A DNA stretch of 38,871 nt from Candidatus Fermentibacterota bacterium (GTDB lineage: Bacteria; JAFGKV01). Of this stretch, positions 1-9,033 are shown piece after piece. The translations under genes and the position numbers were made by a program. Under the pieces are notes generated by a model. It searched no databases. It was not told the DNA's origin and worked only from the letters and a program-made list of their open reading frames with translations. The stretch spans positions 1 through 38,871 of the forward strand of contig JAUXFG010000015.1 of the NCBI GenBank assembly GCA_030620115.1. Reading direction: 5' to 3'. Each line of letters starts with the position of its first letter. Positions within the stretch are counted from its first letter, which is position 1.

Positions 1-1019
1 ATCACTTTGGCAGAGGCTGCCTTTTCTGAACCCACAAACCACGCCCCGTCACGCCGGACGAAATCCACATGGCCCTTTCCCGGTTTCATCGCGCTCACCC
101 GATCAACACTGTATGAGTAGAAAGGAAGCAGATGCCGATCCCGCCAGACATCGATACCCCGAGCCGGCAACGAGAGAAGATCGGGATCTATAGCCATGAC
201 GAAGTCCCTGACACTATTCCGGGCCACCACATGGGCGGGATCTTGTTCATGGACCCGCAAGGTCTCCCCAGGATCGGTGCTGCTGCGCCGGAAGATCCAC
301 GAAGTCTCCGGGCTACCGCCCACCGATCCCATCTCCCCCGGAGAGAATCCTGTCACCACCGGCTCCTGGAGTTTCCGCAATAAGGAGGACACCTTCTCGG
401 CGTCGGCGCGTGCATGCAGAGGAGCCGTTAGCCACCAATCATTTTCACACCGGACGAACCTGATCGTATCGTTGCCCGCATGGTGCTCCACCAGGGACAC
501 GTCGCTTCTCTCCATGCAAAGGAGCCGTCTACTTCTCAGCTGGCCCAACCCTTTGTCCACAGTCCTGAAGATGGAGCCCCCAATGAGCAAGATGGAACCG
601 CGGTCTTCTGTCTGTGCATACCTGGAATCTCCGGCCGGGTTGGTGCGGCCGATTCGCAGCACCGTGTGTGGCAACGCATCACCGGCCAGCGTGATCTCCA
701 AGGCCGGGGGATCGAGACCGTAGTTGGAGAGATCTCCCTCAGCATCAAACGATCGCTGGGCGCTGATCTCCTCCAAGCCGGAGAGGAGTTCATCAATGGC
801 TGCGTGATCCGCCAGGTCATGGAGAGGGGAGACGATCTCCCAGCCGCCTCCCTTGCGGGCCGCGCGGACCGTCTCGTCGGAGCGTGCGATCTGCAGGGTT
901 TCGACATCTGCTCGTGAGAACTGAAGCAGCCTGTTCTCTTCCGTCTGTGGCTCCCGGTCGACGAGCTGTCCCACATGTATCAGGACAGCGAGAGCAAGCG
1001 TGATTAGCAGTAGGATCAT
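1..1019 (-). CDS. DUF4340-like GldG-associated protein, partial (runs off window start). Hand-translated N-terminus MILLLITLALAVLIHVGQLV..., no stop codon down to position 1
   Basis: Continuous minus-strand frame found by manual translation; absent from the ORF track because it has no in-window stop. N-terminal TM helix and a position directly downstream of the GldG-like gene match the usual DUF4340 arrangement. Start codon is the complement of 1017–1019. Confidence 0.55.
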   Translation of the reverse strand, partial: MILLLITLALAVLIHVGQLVDREPQTEENRLLQFSRADVETLQIARSDETVRAARKGGGWEIVSPLHDLADHAAIDELLSGLEEISAQRSFDAEGDLSNYGLDPPALEITLAGDALPHTVLRIGRTNPAGDSRYAQTEDRGSILLIGGSIFRTVDKGLGQLRSRRLLCMERSDVSLVEHHAGNDTIRFVRCENDWWLTAPLHARADAEKVSSLLRKLQEPVVTGFSPGEMGSVGGSPETSWIFRRSSTDPGETLRVHEQDPAHVVARNSVRDFVMAIDPDLLSLPARGIDVWRDRHLLPFYSYSVDRVSAMKPGKGHVDFVRRDGAWFVGSEKAASAKV

Positions 1020-1043
1020 CAAGGCACGACCACTCACCTCGCG

Positions 1044-2570
1044 CTACCTCCTCCGCAACCAGACGATGAGCCCCGGCAGTAGAACTGCGCCCGGCATCAC
1101 CAGGACCACCAGATAGAAGATGCTCCTGGCCGCCTGAGCGCTCAGCATCATCGCTCCTCCCCGGACTTCCTTTGGGCGGATTCCGATGAGCTCCTCTCGT
1201 TGCGCAAGCCATGAGAGACAGTTCATGAAGAGATCCCCATTGGCGGATATGCGCAAGAAGCCGTTGGAAGCGAAATCGATATCGCCTGCAACCACCATCC
1301 GTCCAGGAATTGCCGATGAGGTATCCCCGAGATCAGAACGGTCCCAACTGATGGCGGCCAAAACACAGAGAGGTCCTTCCGTGTCCATGCCCGGCTCGAA
1401 GGAGATCTCAGGCGCGTCCAGAGAGCCTGTCTCGCCCCAACTCGCTTCGCTTGTAGTGGCGATGCACGTGGCTTCGATACCCTGGGGCAGGGAATCAGCC
1501 AGAGAGAGTGACCGACAGAGAGGAAAAAAGGTCGCCGCCGAGAAATGTTGTGTAATGGCGTGGTTTTCCTCATAATGGGCAACCAGCGGGACCACCTCAC
1601 TCATGCCAAACAAGCTGCCGATACCGCTGGCATCCAGAATGACGTCGCTTCGGGGTTCCACGCCCCATGGTCGGAGAAGTCCTTCCAGGCCGGGTCCCGG
1701 ATGTGGCTCCAGACATACGAACAGGTTGCCGCCCCGACGCACGAAAGCGAGCAAGCTATCCATTTCTGTGGGAAGCAATGGCGTGGTAGCGCCTGCGATG
1801 AGAAGAACGTCGCTGACGGACGGCAGCCCGTCTCTCAGCAGCAGTGTCTCTTCCGTGCGGTAGCCCTCATCCTGCAATAACGCGGCAAGCTGGCTGAGCC
1901 CCTCCTTATCTTCTTCCTCAACGCGCCGCTCCCCATGCCCGGTAAGGAATCTCACCCATGTGGTTTCTTCACTCATGAGACGTGCCAGTGCCGACGTGAA
2001 ATCGTTCTCCGTGGCCGAGGTCACGCGTTCGTGCCGCGTACCCATGGTGAAGACCATGGCGCCGTAATCACGAATCTTGTACTCCAGAGCCTTTTCGGGA
2101 TGTCTATCCGGATCGGTGAACTGGAAGAAGAATCGCCTGGACGAAGCGGCATACTCGGTGAGGAGGTCTCTGGCATCCTGGCCTTCACCTTCAGGGAAAA
2201 AGGCCAGTACCTGCACTTTCTCTGGCAAGGAAGCGAGTACTCGCTTCGTCTGTTGGGAAAGGCTGAACCGTCCTGAGCGGGTGACATCCCATCGTAATGT
2301 GTAGCGGGCACCGAGCACATTGAGCAGAACAAGAATGACAAGAACCAGCAGCATACCCATTCCCAGGGTTGCGCTGCCGAAGAAAACGCGGGCTTGGCTC
2401 CTTTTGAGCGTCAGAAGAGAGGAAAGCGGCCACGCGACCAAAAAAACAACCCCAAGAATCACCAGCAGATCCGGGACCGAACTCGATACCGATGGAATCA
2501 TGGAGAGGAGGAGGCCCACTGCCAACGCCACCACACCAATCACCGATACGTATCTTGCAATCTTTCTCAT
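1044..2570 (-). CDS. GldG-like auxiliary component of an ABC-type transporter (N- and C-terminal TM anchors, large periplasmic domain)
   Basis: 508 aa with TM helices at both ends. Sits downstream of the ABC-2 permease and ATPase genes, with a 4-nt gap to the permease. Matches the architecture of the GldG/ABC_transp_aux family. Confidence 0.75.
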   Translation of the reverse strand: MRKIARYVSVIGVVALAVGLLLSMIPSVSSSVPDLLVILGVVFLVAWPLSSLLTLKRSQARVFFGSATLGMGMLLVLVILVLLNVLGARYTLRWDVTRSGRFSLSQQTKRVLASLPEKVQVLAFFPEGEGQDARDLLTEYAASSRRFFFQFTDPDRHPEKALEYKIRDYGAMVFTMGTRHERVTSATENDFTSALARLMSEETTWVRFLTGHGERRVEEEDKEGLSQLAALLQDEGYRTEETLLLRDGLPSVSDVLLIAGATTPLLPTEMDSLLAFVRRGGNLFVCLEPHPGPGLEGLLRPWGVEPRSDVILDASGIGSLFGMSEVVPLVAHYEENHAITQHFSAATFFPLCRSLSLADSLPQGIEATCIATTSEASWGETGSLDAPEISFEPGMDTEGPLCVLAAISWDRSDLGDTSSAIPGRMVVAGDIDFASNGFLRISANGDLFMNCLSWLAQREELIGIRPKEVRGGAMMLSAQAARSIFYLVVLVMPGAVLLPGLIVWLRRR

Positions 2571-2573
2571 CGC

Positions 2574-3341
2574 CTACCTCCCATGCCGCGCTGCCAGAAG
2601 CTGGGCAGACAGAAAGAGAGGGAAAAAGATCAGACTCAGCAAGAAAACAATGTGTTTGGTATCAATGATTCCTTTGGCAAACTCCTCGTAATGAGAGAGC
2701 ACCGAGAGGTACTCAAGCACGTTGGAGAGAGTACCCTCCGTCACAATCGATGCCCAGTTCACCACCCATAGGAGGAGAAGGAAACCAAAGGTGGCCACGG
2801 CTGCCACGATCTGGTTCTCACTTGCTGCTGAAGCCAAGAGTCCACAAGAGACAAATGCCGACCCCAAGAGAAAAAGCCCTAGTACCGAGGTCAGCATGGG
2901 CCCTGGGTCGGGGTCGCCGATGAGCAGGCAAATGAGGGGATACGCAAAGGAGAGAAGCGCGAGCACGCCAATCATGCCCACGGCAGCCAGGAACTTGCCC
3001 AAAATCACATGCCACGGGGAAACCGGCGCGGTGAGAAGAAGCTCTGCCGTGCCGCTTTTCCGTTCCTCTGCCACGAGTCTCATGGTAATCATAGGAATCA
3101 CCATGAGCAGGATCAGGCTGAGATTCATGGAGAACGGGCGCAAAACCATGTCATTGATGTTTATCTCGCTCTCGGGATACCCATACTGTGCCAGTTGGAA
3201 CGATACCATGCTGAAATGCGAGATCATGACGTAGAAGAAAAAGCCCCCGATGAGAAGAAAGACCGTGATGATCACATAGGCCATAGGGGAAAGGAAGTAT
3301 CCCTTGAACTCCTTCAAGAAGATTGTACCAATCTTACTCAT
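2574..3341 (-). CDS. ABC-2 family transporter permease (GldF-like)
   Basis: 255 aa polytopic hydrophobic protein. Its start overlaps the stop of the upstream ATPase gene by 4 nt. Confidence 0.8.
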   Translation of the reverse strand: MSKIGTIFLKEFKGYFLSPMAYVIITVFLLIGGFFFYVMISHFSMVSFQLAQYGYPESEININDMVLRPFSMNLSLILLMVIPMITMRLVAEERKSGTAELLLTAPVSPWHVILGKFLAAVGMIGVLALLSFAYPLICLLIGDPDPGPMLTSVLGLFLLGSAFVSCGLLASAASENQIVAAVATFGFLLLLWVVNWASIVTEGTLSNVLEYLSVLSHYEEFAKGIIDTKHIVFLLSLIFFPLFLSAQLLAARHGR

Positions 3342-4282
3342 TGCCGCTCCTCCCGGGTGAGTTCCAAGAATACATCCTCCAGGCTGGTTCCGCTGGGCAA
3401 GAGACTCCTCAGGCCCCAGCCCTGTTCCACTATGGCCTGGACCAGCCGTTCCCGAAAGAGCGGCTCGGCAGGGATACGCAGCTCGGCGACATTTATCCCT
3501 TGGTCATCTGCGGTGAGAGTGACCAACTCCGTATTCTGGAGCGCGTTGAGGAAAGCGCGTACGTCATCCTCAGGGCCCCGAACCTCCAGCTTCACGGGAA
3601 GTGCACCCTCCATCCTCGAGATCAGACCTTGGGTCGTATCTTGGGCCACCACCGTGCCTTGATGGATGATCGCGATCCTGTCGCATGTGGCGCCGACTTC
3701 CGACAATATGTGCGAGCACAGTATGACCGTGTGATCTCGACCAAGCTCTTTGATGAGCTTCCTCACTTCGTGGATCTGTTTGGGATCAAGGCCGACCGTG
3801 GGTTCATCCAGAATCACGACCTTTGGATCATGCACAATGGCCTGGGCGAGTCCGATTCGTTGCCGGTACCCCTTGGAAAGCCCTTTGATAAGCCGATGTT
3901 GTACAGAGCCGATTTCACATCGCTCGATCACCGAATCAAGAGCGGCATGTCGCCTCTCCTTGGGCACCTCCTTGAGTGCCGCCATATATTCGAGGAATGC
4001 CCTGGCCGTCATCTCCGTGTACAATGTCACATTCTCTGGGAGATACCCGATTGAGCGCCTCACATCCATTGACTGCCCGGGTATATGATACCCTGCCACT
4101 GATACGCTTCCCTCGTCTGGGGAAAGAAACCCTGTCAAGATCCGCATGGTGGTCGTTTTGCCTGCAGCGTTCGGTCCGAGGAAGCCGAGGATCTCATGTC
4201 GCTGTACACAAAAATTCACCCCGTGGAGCGCCTCAACTTCACCGAATCGCTTGTGAAGATCCTTCACATCTATCATCGTCAC
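3338..4282 (-). CDS. ABC transporter ATP-binding protein (GldA-like)
   Basis: Walker A motif GPNAAGKTT, ABC signature LSKGYRQR, Walker B VVILDEPT. Confidence 0.9.
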   Translation of the reverse strand: MTMIDVKDLHKRFGEVEALHGVNFCVQRHEILGFLGPNAAGKTTTMRILTGFLSPDEGSVSVAGYHIPGQSMDVRRSIGYLPENVTLYTEMTARAFLEYMAALKEVPKERRHAALDSVIERCEIGSVQHRLIKGLSKGYRQRIGLAQAIVHDPKVVILDEPTVGLDPKQIHEVRKLIKELGRDHTVILCSHILSEVGATCDRIAIIHQGTVVAQDTTQGLISRMEGALPVKLEVRGPEDDVRAFLNALQNTELVTLTADDQGINVAELRIPAEPLFRERLVQAIVEQGWGLRSLLPSGTSLEDVFLELTREERQ

Positions 4283-4317
4283 CTCATCTGTTGAGCAGCA
4301 TGATTGTGGGTAATGGT

Positions 4318-4947
4318 TTATGGGGACCTCGGGTGGTCCCCCGTGGCTGTGGTACGCCGAGCGCGTGATCTGCGCCAGGTCAGGTAGATGAATATCAGCG
4401 CCAGCGCGGCCAGCGCCAAACCCGCCTTGCTGATGAATGAAATGACCTCAAGCCAGTACATCCCCACGGAGTAACCACCAGCCACAAGTATGGTCTGCCA
4501 CATGATGACGGCTATCGCCACGGCCCATGCAGCCCGGCCGAACCGCATCCGGGCAAGCCCGGCGGCCAGGATGATCAAAGATCGAACGCCTGGTATGAAC
4601 CGAGAGAGGATCACGATAATAGTACCCCGTTCTCGAACCAGGGATCGCGCCCGATCCATGGAACTCGATCGGGACAGCCAGCCCATGAATCCACTACGGG
4701 GGGTATCAGCCCACGTACGGCCGAGAGCCCACAACAGGAGTGCCCCGAGATAGCTCCCGAGGATTGAAAGCACCAGAACAAAAACAAGCGCGCGCTGCTG
4801 CCTGGCAGCGGCAAAACTGCAGAACACGATTACCGTATCTCCTGGATAAGGAGGGAATATTGTCTCAACAAATGAAGAGATGAATAGGATGTAGTAGATA
4901 TGATCGAGAGGAATGCTATCTATGAACCGAAGAACCTGATCCTGCAC
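4318..4947 (-). CDS. DedA/VTT-domain (SNARE-associated) inner-membrane protein
   Basis: Motif YILFISSFVETIFPPYPGDTVIV followed by multiple TM helices. Confidence 0.75.
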   Translation of the reverse strand: MQDQVLRFIDSIPLDHIYYILFISSFVETIFPPYPGDTVIVFCSFAAARQQRALVFVLVLSILGSYLGALLLWALGRTWADTPRSGFMGWLSRSSSMDRARSLVRERGTIIVILSRFIPGVRSLIILAAGLARMRFGRAAWAVAIAVIMWQTILVAGGYSVGMYWLEVISFISKAGLALAALALIFIYLTWRRSRARRTTATGDHPRSP

Positions 4948-5420
4948 TATTCAACAATGGCAACAGCAATGGCCGCCGCGCCCTCTCCTCTTCCGATGGC
5001 CCCTAATCCTTCCTGTGTGGTTGCTTTTACTGAAACGGATTCTCTCTCAATACCAAGCGCTGAAGAAATCTCGGCACGCATGGCCTCACGAAAGGGTGCG
5101 ATTTTGGGTTCCTCCAAGATGACGGTGGCGTCTACCTGCCTGATGGACAAGCCCCGTGCCGCGACCAACCTTTGCACATGGCTCAGAAGTGTGGGGCCGC
5201 GTACGCCCTTCCATTTCGGATCATTGGGCGGGAAATGCTCGCCGATATCTCCATGCGCGGCAGCGCCGAGGACCGCATCCGCTATGGCATGGCAGAGCAC
5301 GTCCCCATCGGAATGTCCCTGAAGGCCTTTGGGGTAATCCAGCTTGATCCCCCCGAGAAAAAAGGCCCGGCCTGCAACGAATGCGTGGACATCATAACCA
5401 AGACCAATCCTCATCCTCAT
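4947..5420 (-). CDS. ispF: 2-C-methyl-D-erythritol 2,4-cyclodiphosphate synthase
   Basis: GLGYDVHAF...GHSDGDV...HAIADAVLGA, the conserved metal and substrate-binding motifs of IspF; 157 aa. Confidence 0.95.
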   Translation of the reverse strand: MRMRIGLGYDVHAFVAGRAFFLGGIKLDYPKGLQGHSDGDVLCHAIADAVLGAAAHGDIGEHFPPNDPKWKGVRGPTLLSHVQRLVAARGLSIRQVDATVILEEPKIAPFREAMRAEISSALGIERESVSVKATTQEGLGAIGRGEGAAAIAVAIVE

Positions 5421-6138
5421 TCCTCCTAGCGGTCAGCCATGGGGCCAAGGCTCGCGCCATATCCAAATCATCCTGCGTCGTAATCTTGAAACAGAATACG
5501 CTTCCCTTCACCATACAGGGTGGGGCTCCCAGGAGTTCCGCGCCAACCGCTTCATCAGTGGGCGAGGCTCCTTCTGTCTCGGGCGCATCGAGGACGCGCT
5601 GGAGAAGCTCCCTAGAAAATGCCTGGGGTGTCTGTGCCCGATACAGAACGGATCGATCGACCGTTCTCTCCACCATGGTGCCACTGCTGCTTCTCTTGAG
5701 AGTATCCACCACGGGGAGAACGGCCAGCGATGCCGATGATTCCGCCGCTGCCCACGCCACGGCTCTCAATACCGAGAGTGGAAGAAAAGGTCGCGCGGCG
5801 TCATGCACCACCACAATACGGGTCTCGGCGGGGACATGTCGCAGCCCCGCGGCCACGGAATCTCGCCTCCGTGCTCCTCCTTGACACACCACTATCGTAC
5901 TGCCCGTCTGTGTGGGGACTGATCGTCGGACAGCCCCCACACATGCCTGGGGCACTACCACCACTACACCGTGGACACCTGCTGCCAAGAACGATTCCAA
6001 TGCAAATGAGTAGAGCGGCTTTCCGCCTAGCTCCCTGAACTGTTTCGGCGTGGCCTGTCCCAGGCGGATGCCCATCCCTCCGGCTGCCAGGATGGCCCAA
6101 GTCCCTTTCGGGATTCCCCGGCGTACCCCATCCCGCAT
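5392..6138 (-). CDS. ispD: 2-C-methyl-D-erythritol 4-phosphate cytidylyltransferase
   Basis: N-terminal AILAAGGMGIRLG nucleotide-binding motif; 248 aa; overlaps ispF as in many ispDF operons. Confidence 0.9.
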   Translation of the reverse strand: MRDGVRRGIPKGTWAILAAGGMGIRLGQATPKQFRELGGKPLYSFALESFLAAGVHGVVVVVPQACVGAVRRSVPTQTGSTIVVCQGGARRRDSVAAGLRHVPAETRIVVVHDAARPFLPLSVLRAVAWAAAESSASLAVLPVVDTLKRSSSGTMVERTVDRSVLYRAQTPQAFSRELLQRVLDAPETEGASPTDEAVGAELLGAPPCMVKGSVFCFKITTQDDLDMARALAPWLTARRNEDEDWSWL

Positions 6139-6361
6139 CGTCTACATCCCCTCCTGTGCTAGCGAAGCTGCGCCTTGGACCGACGAGCGATGATGCCATA
6201 GCCCATTGATCGAGGCGCAGCGATACCGGTTGCTTGATGCTTGATGCTGGATGCTGGATACCCCCTTCCCGCAAGCAGGATCAAGCATCACCTCGCAGCT
6301 AACCCACAAACGTCGCTGTAAACTTGACTCGTTTGTCAAGTCTCCAACCTATTGAAGACAG

Positions 6362-7750
6362 CTAGTGGGCATAATGAATGAGCGAAAGCACGTTGGCCGC
6401 CAGCGCCAGAAGAAGCCCGCCGCCCAAAGGAATCGATCTCCTATTCCATCCGAGGAGTGCGATCCACCCCAATTGCAGCAGGTAGACAATCGGTGCAACG
6501 CACGGCATGAGAAACCGGCCCTGTGGATGCGGAAAATCAATGTTATACCGGTACACGCCCACGAGGAGAAGGAAGAACGCCAACCCAAGAAGGCCGATCT
6601 CTCGCCTGATGGCCCCAGGGAGTTGCCACCGGATCTTCGCAACAGCTGGTACAAGAAGCGCCGCCACGGCAAGCGCCAACAAGAGCTTCGCGAGAAACCC
6701 GCTCACCAAGGGTGACCACGCGCTGAACCACGGCACCGCCAAGGGCCAACCCAAGAAGGCCACGACTCCACCACCCAGAAGCGCCCCCGCCAATCGACCG
6801 TACCGGCTCGACCAGCGAGCCGCCATCAAACCGGCAACGCCCGGGGCCACAGTCATGGCCAAGAGGATATACACGGATGGGGACGCTGTCTGGCGGGCGG
6901 CCGGCCCAAACGCCGCCCAGAACGATCGCCATAACTCCACCGCCACGGCGTAGAGATACTCCGGTGTGATGCGAGCCCTTCGCACCAGCGCCATGGCGGA
7001 AGCCATCTGCTGCTGCCAACCCAGCGGATCTCCGTAGAGAAGCCAGTTTCGCCAGAACCACCATCCTGTCAAAAGAAGCAGGACCAGGAAAAGGCGTCCC
7101 GAAAGCCGGATCACTTCCTCCAACGACAACCTTTTCTCAGTGAGAAGCCGCATCCACGCGATGAGGAGGTATGGAATAAGAAACAGCCCTGAGAGCTTGC
7201 TCAGCACTGCAGCGGCTACGAATCCGCCCATCCACCACGAGCGAGCGCCACGCCACCTCCGAGGCTCCACGCCAAGATACAGGACAACCGCCACGGCGAG
7301 CTGCACCATGGCGCCATTATTGACAGTCGCCGAAAGGTAGGAGAACATGGGTAACAGCCCCGCAGTGGCTGCCATGCTCGCGGCCTCGAGCCTGCGCCCC
7401 GGAAAAAGCCTGAGGGCGATACCGTAGTATGCCAATACACTTCCAAAACCCATGAGAAGGGAGAGCCATCGTAATCCCCAACCAAGCCCCAAGACAGGAG
7501 ACGCCAGGGCGGCAATCATGTAGTAGAGGGGTGGTTGATGCCCCTCCGCCGATCCGACTTGAGATGAAAAGCTAAGCACTGGAAAGGAGCGTTCTTCTAC
7601 AAGCACCTTCACATAACCGACGTGAGCCTCTTCATCGGGTCCATGGCCCGGTGGAAGAGATATGATCCATGCGGCGCCCAACACAAATGGCAGAAGAAGA
7701 AGCAGACCAGGAAGGATCTTCCTCGTCGCGGCATCACCTCTCCAGTGCAT
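6362..7750 (-). CDS. Polytopic membrane protein, GT-C-fold glycosyltransferase-like (DUF2142-like; PDEEAH motif in the first extracytoplasmic loop)
   Basis: 462 aa with more than 10 predicted TM helices. Acidic motif after TM1 as in GT-C enzymes that use polyprenyl-phosphate-sugar donors. Confidence 0.55.
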   Translation of the reverse strand: MHWRGDAATRKILPGLLLLLPFVLGAAWIISLPPGHGPDEEAHVGYVKVLVEERSFPVLSFSSQVGSAEGHQPPLYYMIAALASPVLGLGWGLRWLSLLMGFGSVLAYYGIALRLFPGRRLEAASMAATAGLLPMFSYLSATVNNGAMVQLAVAVVLYLGVEPRRWRGARSWWMGGFVAAAVLSKLSGLFLIPYLLIAWMRLLTEKRLSLEEVIRLSGRLFLVLLLLTGWWFWRNWLLYGDPLGWQQQMASAMALVRRARITPEYLYAVAVELWRSFWAAFGPAARQTASPSVYILLAMTVAPGVAGLMAARWSSRYGRLAGALLGGGVVAFLGWPLAVPWFSAWSPLVSGFLAKLLLALAVAALLVPAVAKIRWQLPGAIRREIGLLGLAFFLLLVGVYRYNIDFPHPQGRFLMPCVAPIVYLLQLGWIALLGWNRRSIPLGGGLLLALAANVLSLIHYAH

Positions 7751-7773
7751 TGCAGTCCTCCTGGAAGCGGGAA

Positions 7774-9033
7774 TCAGTCATGGATCGAGCTTCTCTTTGG
7801 GAGCGGCTCATCATGCCTGGCTAACCAGGCGAGATGAAGAAGGCATGCGGTAAGCACGGTACGGAATGCACCCACCAGTACCCCGCCAAGCTTGAGCCTA
7901 TCCAGGAGTTCCATGGGATGAGGCCAACTATCAAACCTAGAAGGTGAGAGCACGGAGAAAAGCAGGACCGATGCTTCGCGATCGAACTGGAAGGTATAGA
8001 ACATCACGCAGACCGCCATGAGCCACGTCAAGGGAACTACCCGATTCCTCGATACCCGCTGAAGCGCAAGAAAGGGTACTGCCCACACGATCCACTGGGG
8101 GTGGAAATAGGTGGATGCGAAAAACCAGTACATCAGCCACGCGCCCCATCGCCACATATCATTTGCTCCGGCAGGACGAGAGGCATCAATAGAAGTCAGA
8201 TAAAGAAGGGCTACGCCCAGCGGAAAGAGGTAGATGACGTCTGCCTGCAGCAATGGCACATACGCCGCGAACAGGAATTTCCTGTGCGGCATGGTAAGCA
8301 GACTCAACAGTTCCGCGCTGTCCCGGAACGCCGCCCATGAGCTCGCCTGTAGAAACTGCAGAACCAGCACCGCGGCGAGAGGAATAACCACCATGGCACA
8401 CAGAGAGAGCCGCTCTCTCTTCCCCGACGGCACGAGCCATAGGTAGAGCGGCACGAGAAGGACGGCGTAGAATCGAAGCAGTGTAGCGAAAACAAGAGCT
8501 ATCAATCCGAGCATGGGCCGCCCACGTGAAAGCGCAAGAATGCAAAGGAGAATGAGAAGTACCGGGAAGCTCTCATACCTTCCATACAGGTGTACGCCGT
8601 AAAGGATGAGTGGGTTGAAAAGCCAGTAGAGAGCCAACGATTTCCTCGAATCAGGCGCCACCATCAGCAAGAGCACGTAGAGCGCGGCCAGTTCGGCAAA
8701 AAGGTAGGGGACCTTCAGCAGTATCAAGAAGACCCACGCATGAGGATGGCCGGCAAGAGCCCTCCAGCCTGTCTCATAGTCAAAGGGCTGGATCCAGAGA
8801 CTCTCAGGGATAAGATGGGCCAAACGAAGCAGCCAGAGCCACACAACATGCACGATGTGCGCAAGAAACTGATTGTGCTCGATAGCCTTTCCATGGTACA
8901 CCGCTTCATGAGCTCGCCAGTAGATGGAGTAGAGATCCCCGTGGAAGCCGATGCCCATGAGAAGCAGCCGTAGGGCGCCTGCAGGCACGAGCCACCATCT
9001 CGGAATGCCGAAAGACTTCATCGCGCTCACCAT
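7774..9033 (-). CDS. Polytopic membrane protein, GT-C-like (DUF2029/GT87-like mannosyltransferase family)
   Basis: The ORF track gives 7774..9504, but the first ~150 codons are low-complexity Arg/Gly-rich and non-protein-like. The start was trimmed to the ATG at 9031–9033 (MVSAMKSF...), directly abutting the stop of the upstream gene. Multi-TM, His/Trp-rich loops. Confidence 0.5.
   Translation of the reverse strand: MVSAMKSFGIPRWWLVPAGALRLLLMGIGFHGDLYSIYWRAHEAVYHGKAIEHNQFLAHIVHVVWLWLLRLAHLIPESLWIQPFDYETGWRALAGHPHAWVFLILLKVPYLFAELAALYVLLLMVAPDSRKSLALYWLFNPLILYGVHLYGRYESFPVLLILLCILALSRGRPMLGLIALVFATLLRFYAVLLVPLYLWLVPSGKRERLSLCAMVVIPLAAVLVLQFLQASSWAAFRDSAELLSLLTMPHRKFLFAAYVPLLQADVIYLFPLGVALLYLTSIDASRPAGANDMWRWGAWLMYWFFASTYFHPQWIVWAVPFLALQRVSRNRVVPLTWLMAVCVMFYTFQFDREASVLLFSVLSPSRFDSWPHPMELLDRLKLGGVLVGAFRTVLTACLLHLAWLARHDEPLPKRSSIHD

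Noticed and set aside
3323-4054. Long plus-strand ORFs antisense to the ABC ATPase, permease and GldG genes (for example 3323..4054, 2722..3234, 1186..1575)
   Set aside because: They are mirror-frame ORFs typical of high-GC DNA and have no domain-like sequence; the minus-strand genes carry clear ABC motifs.
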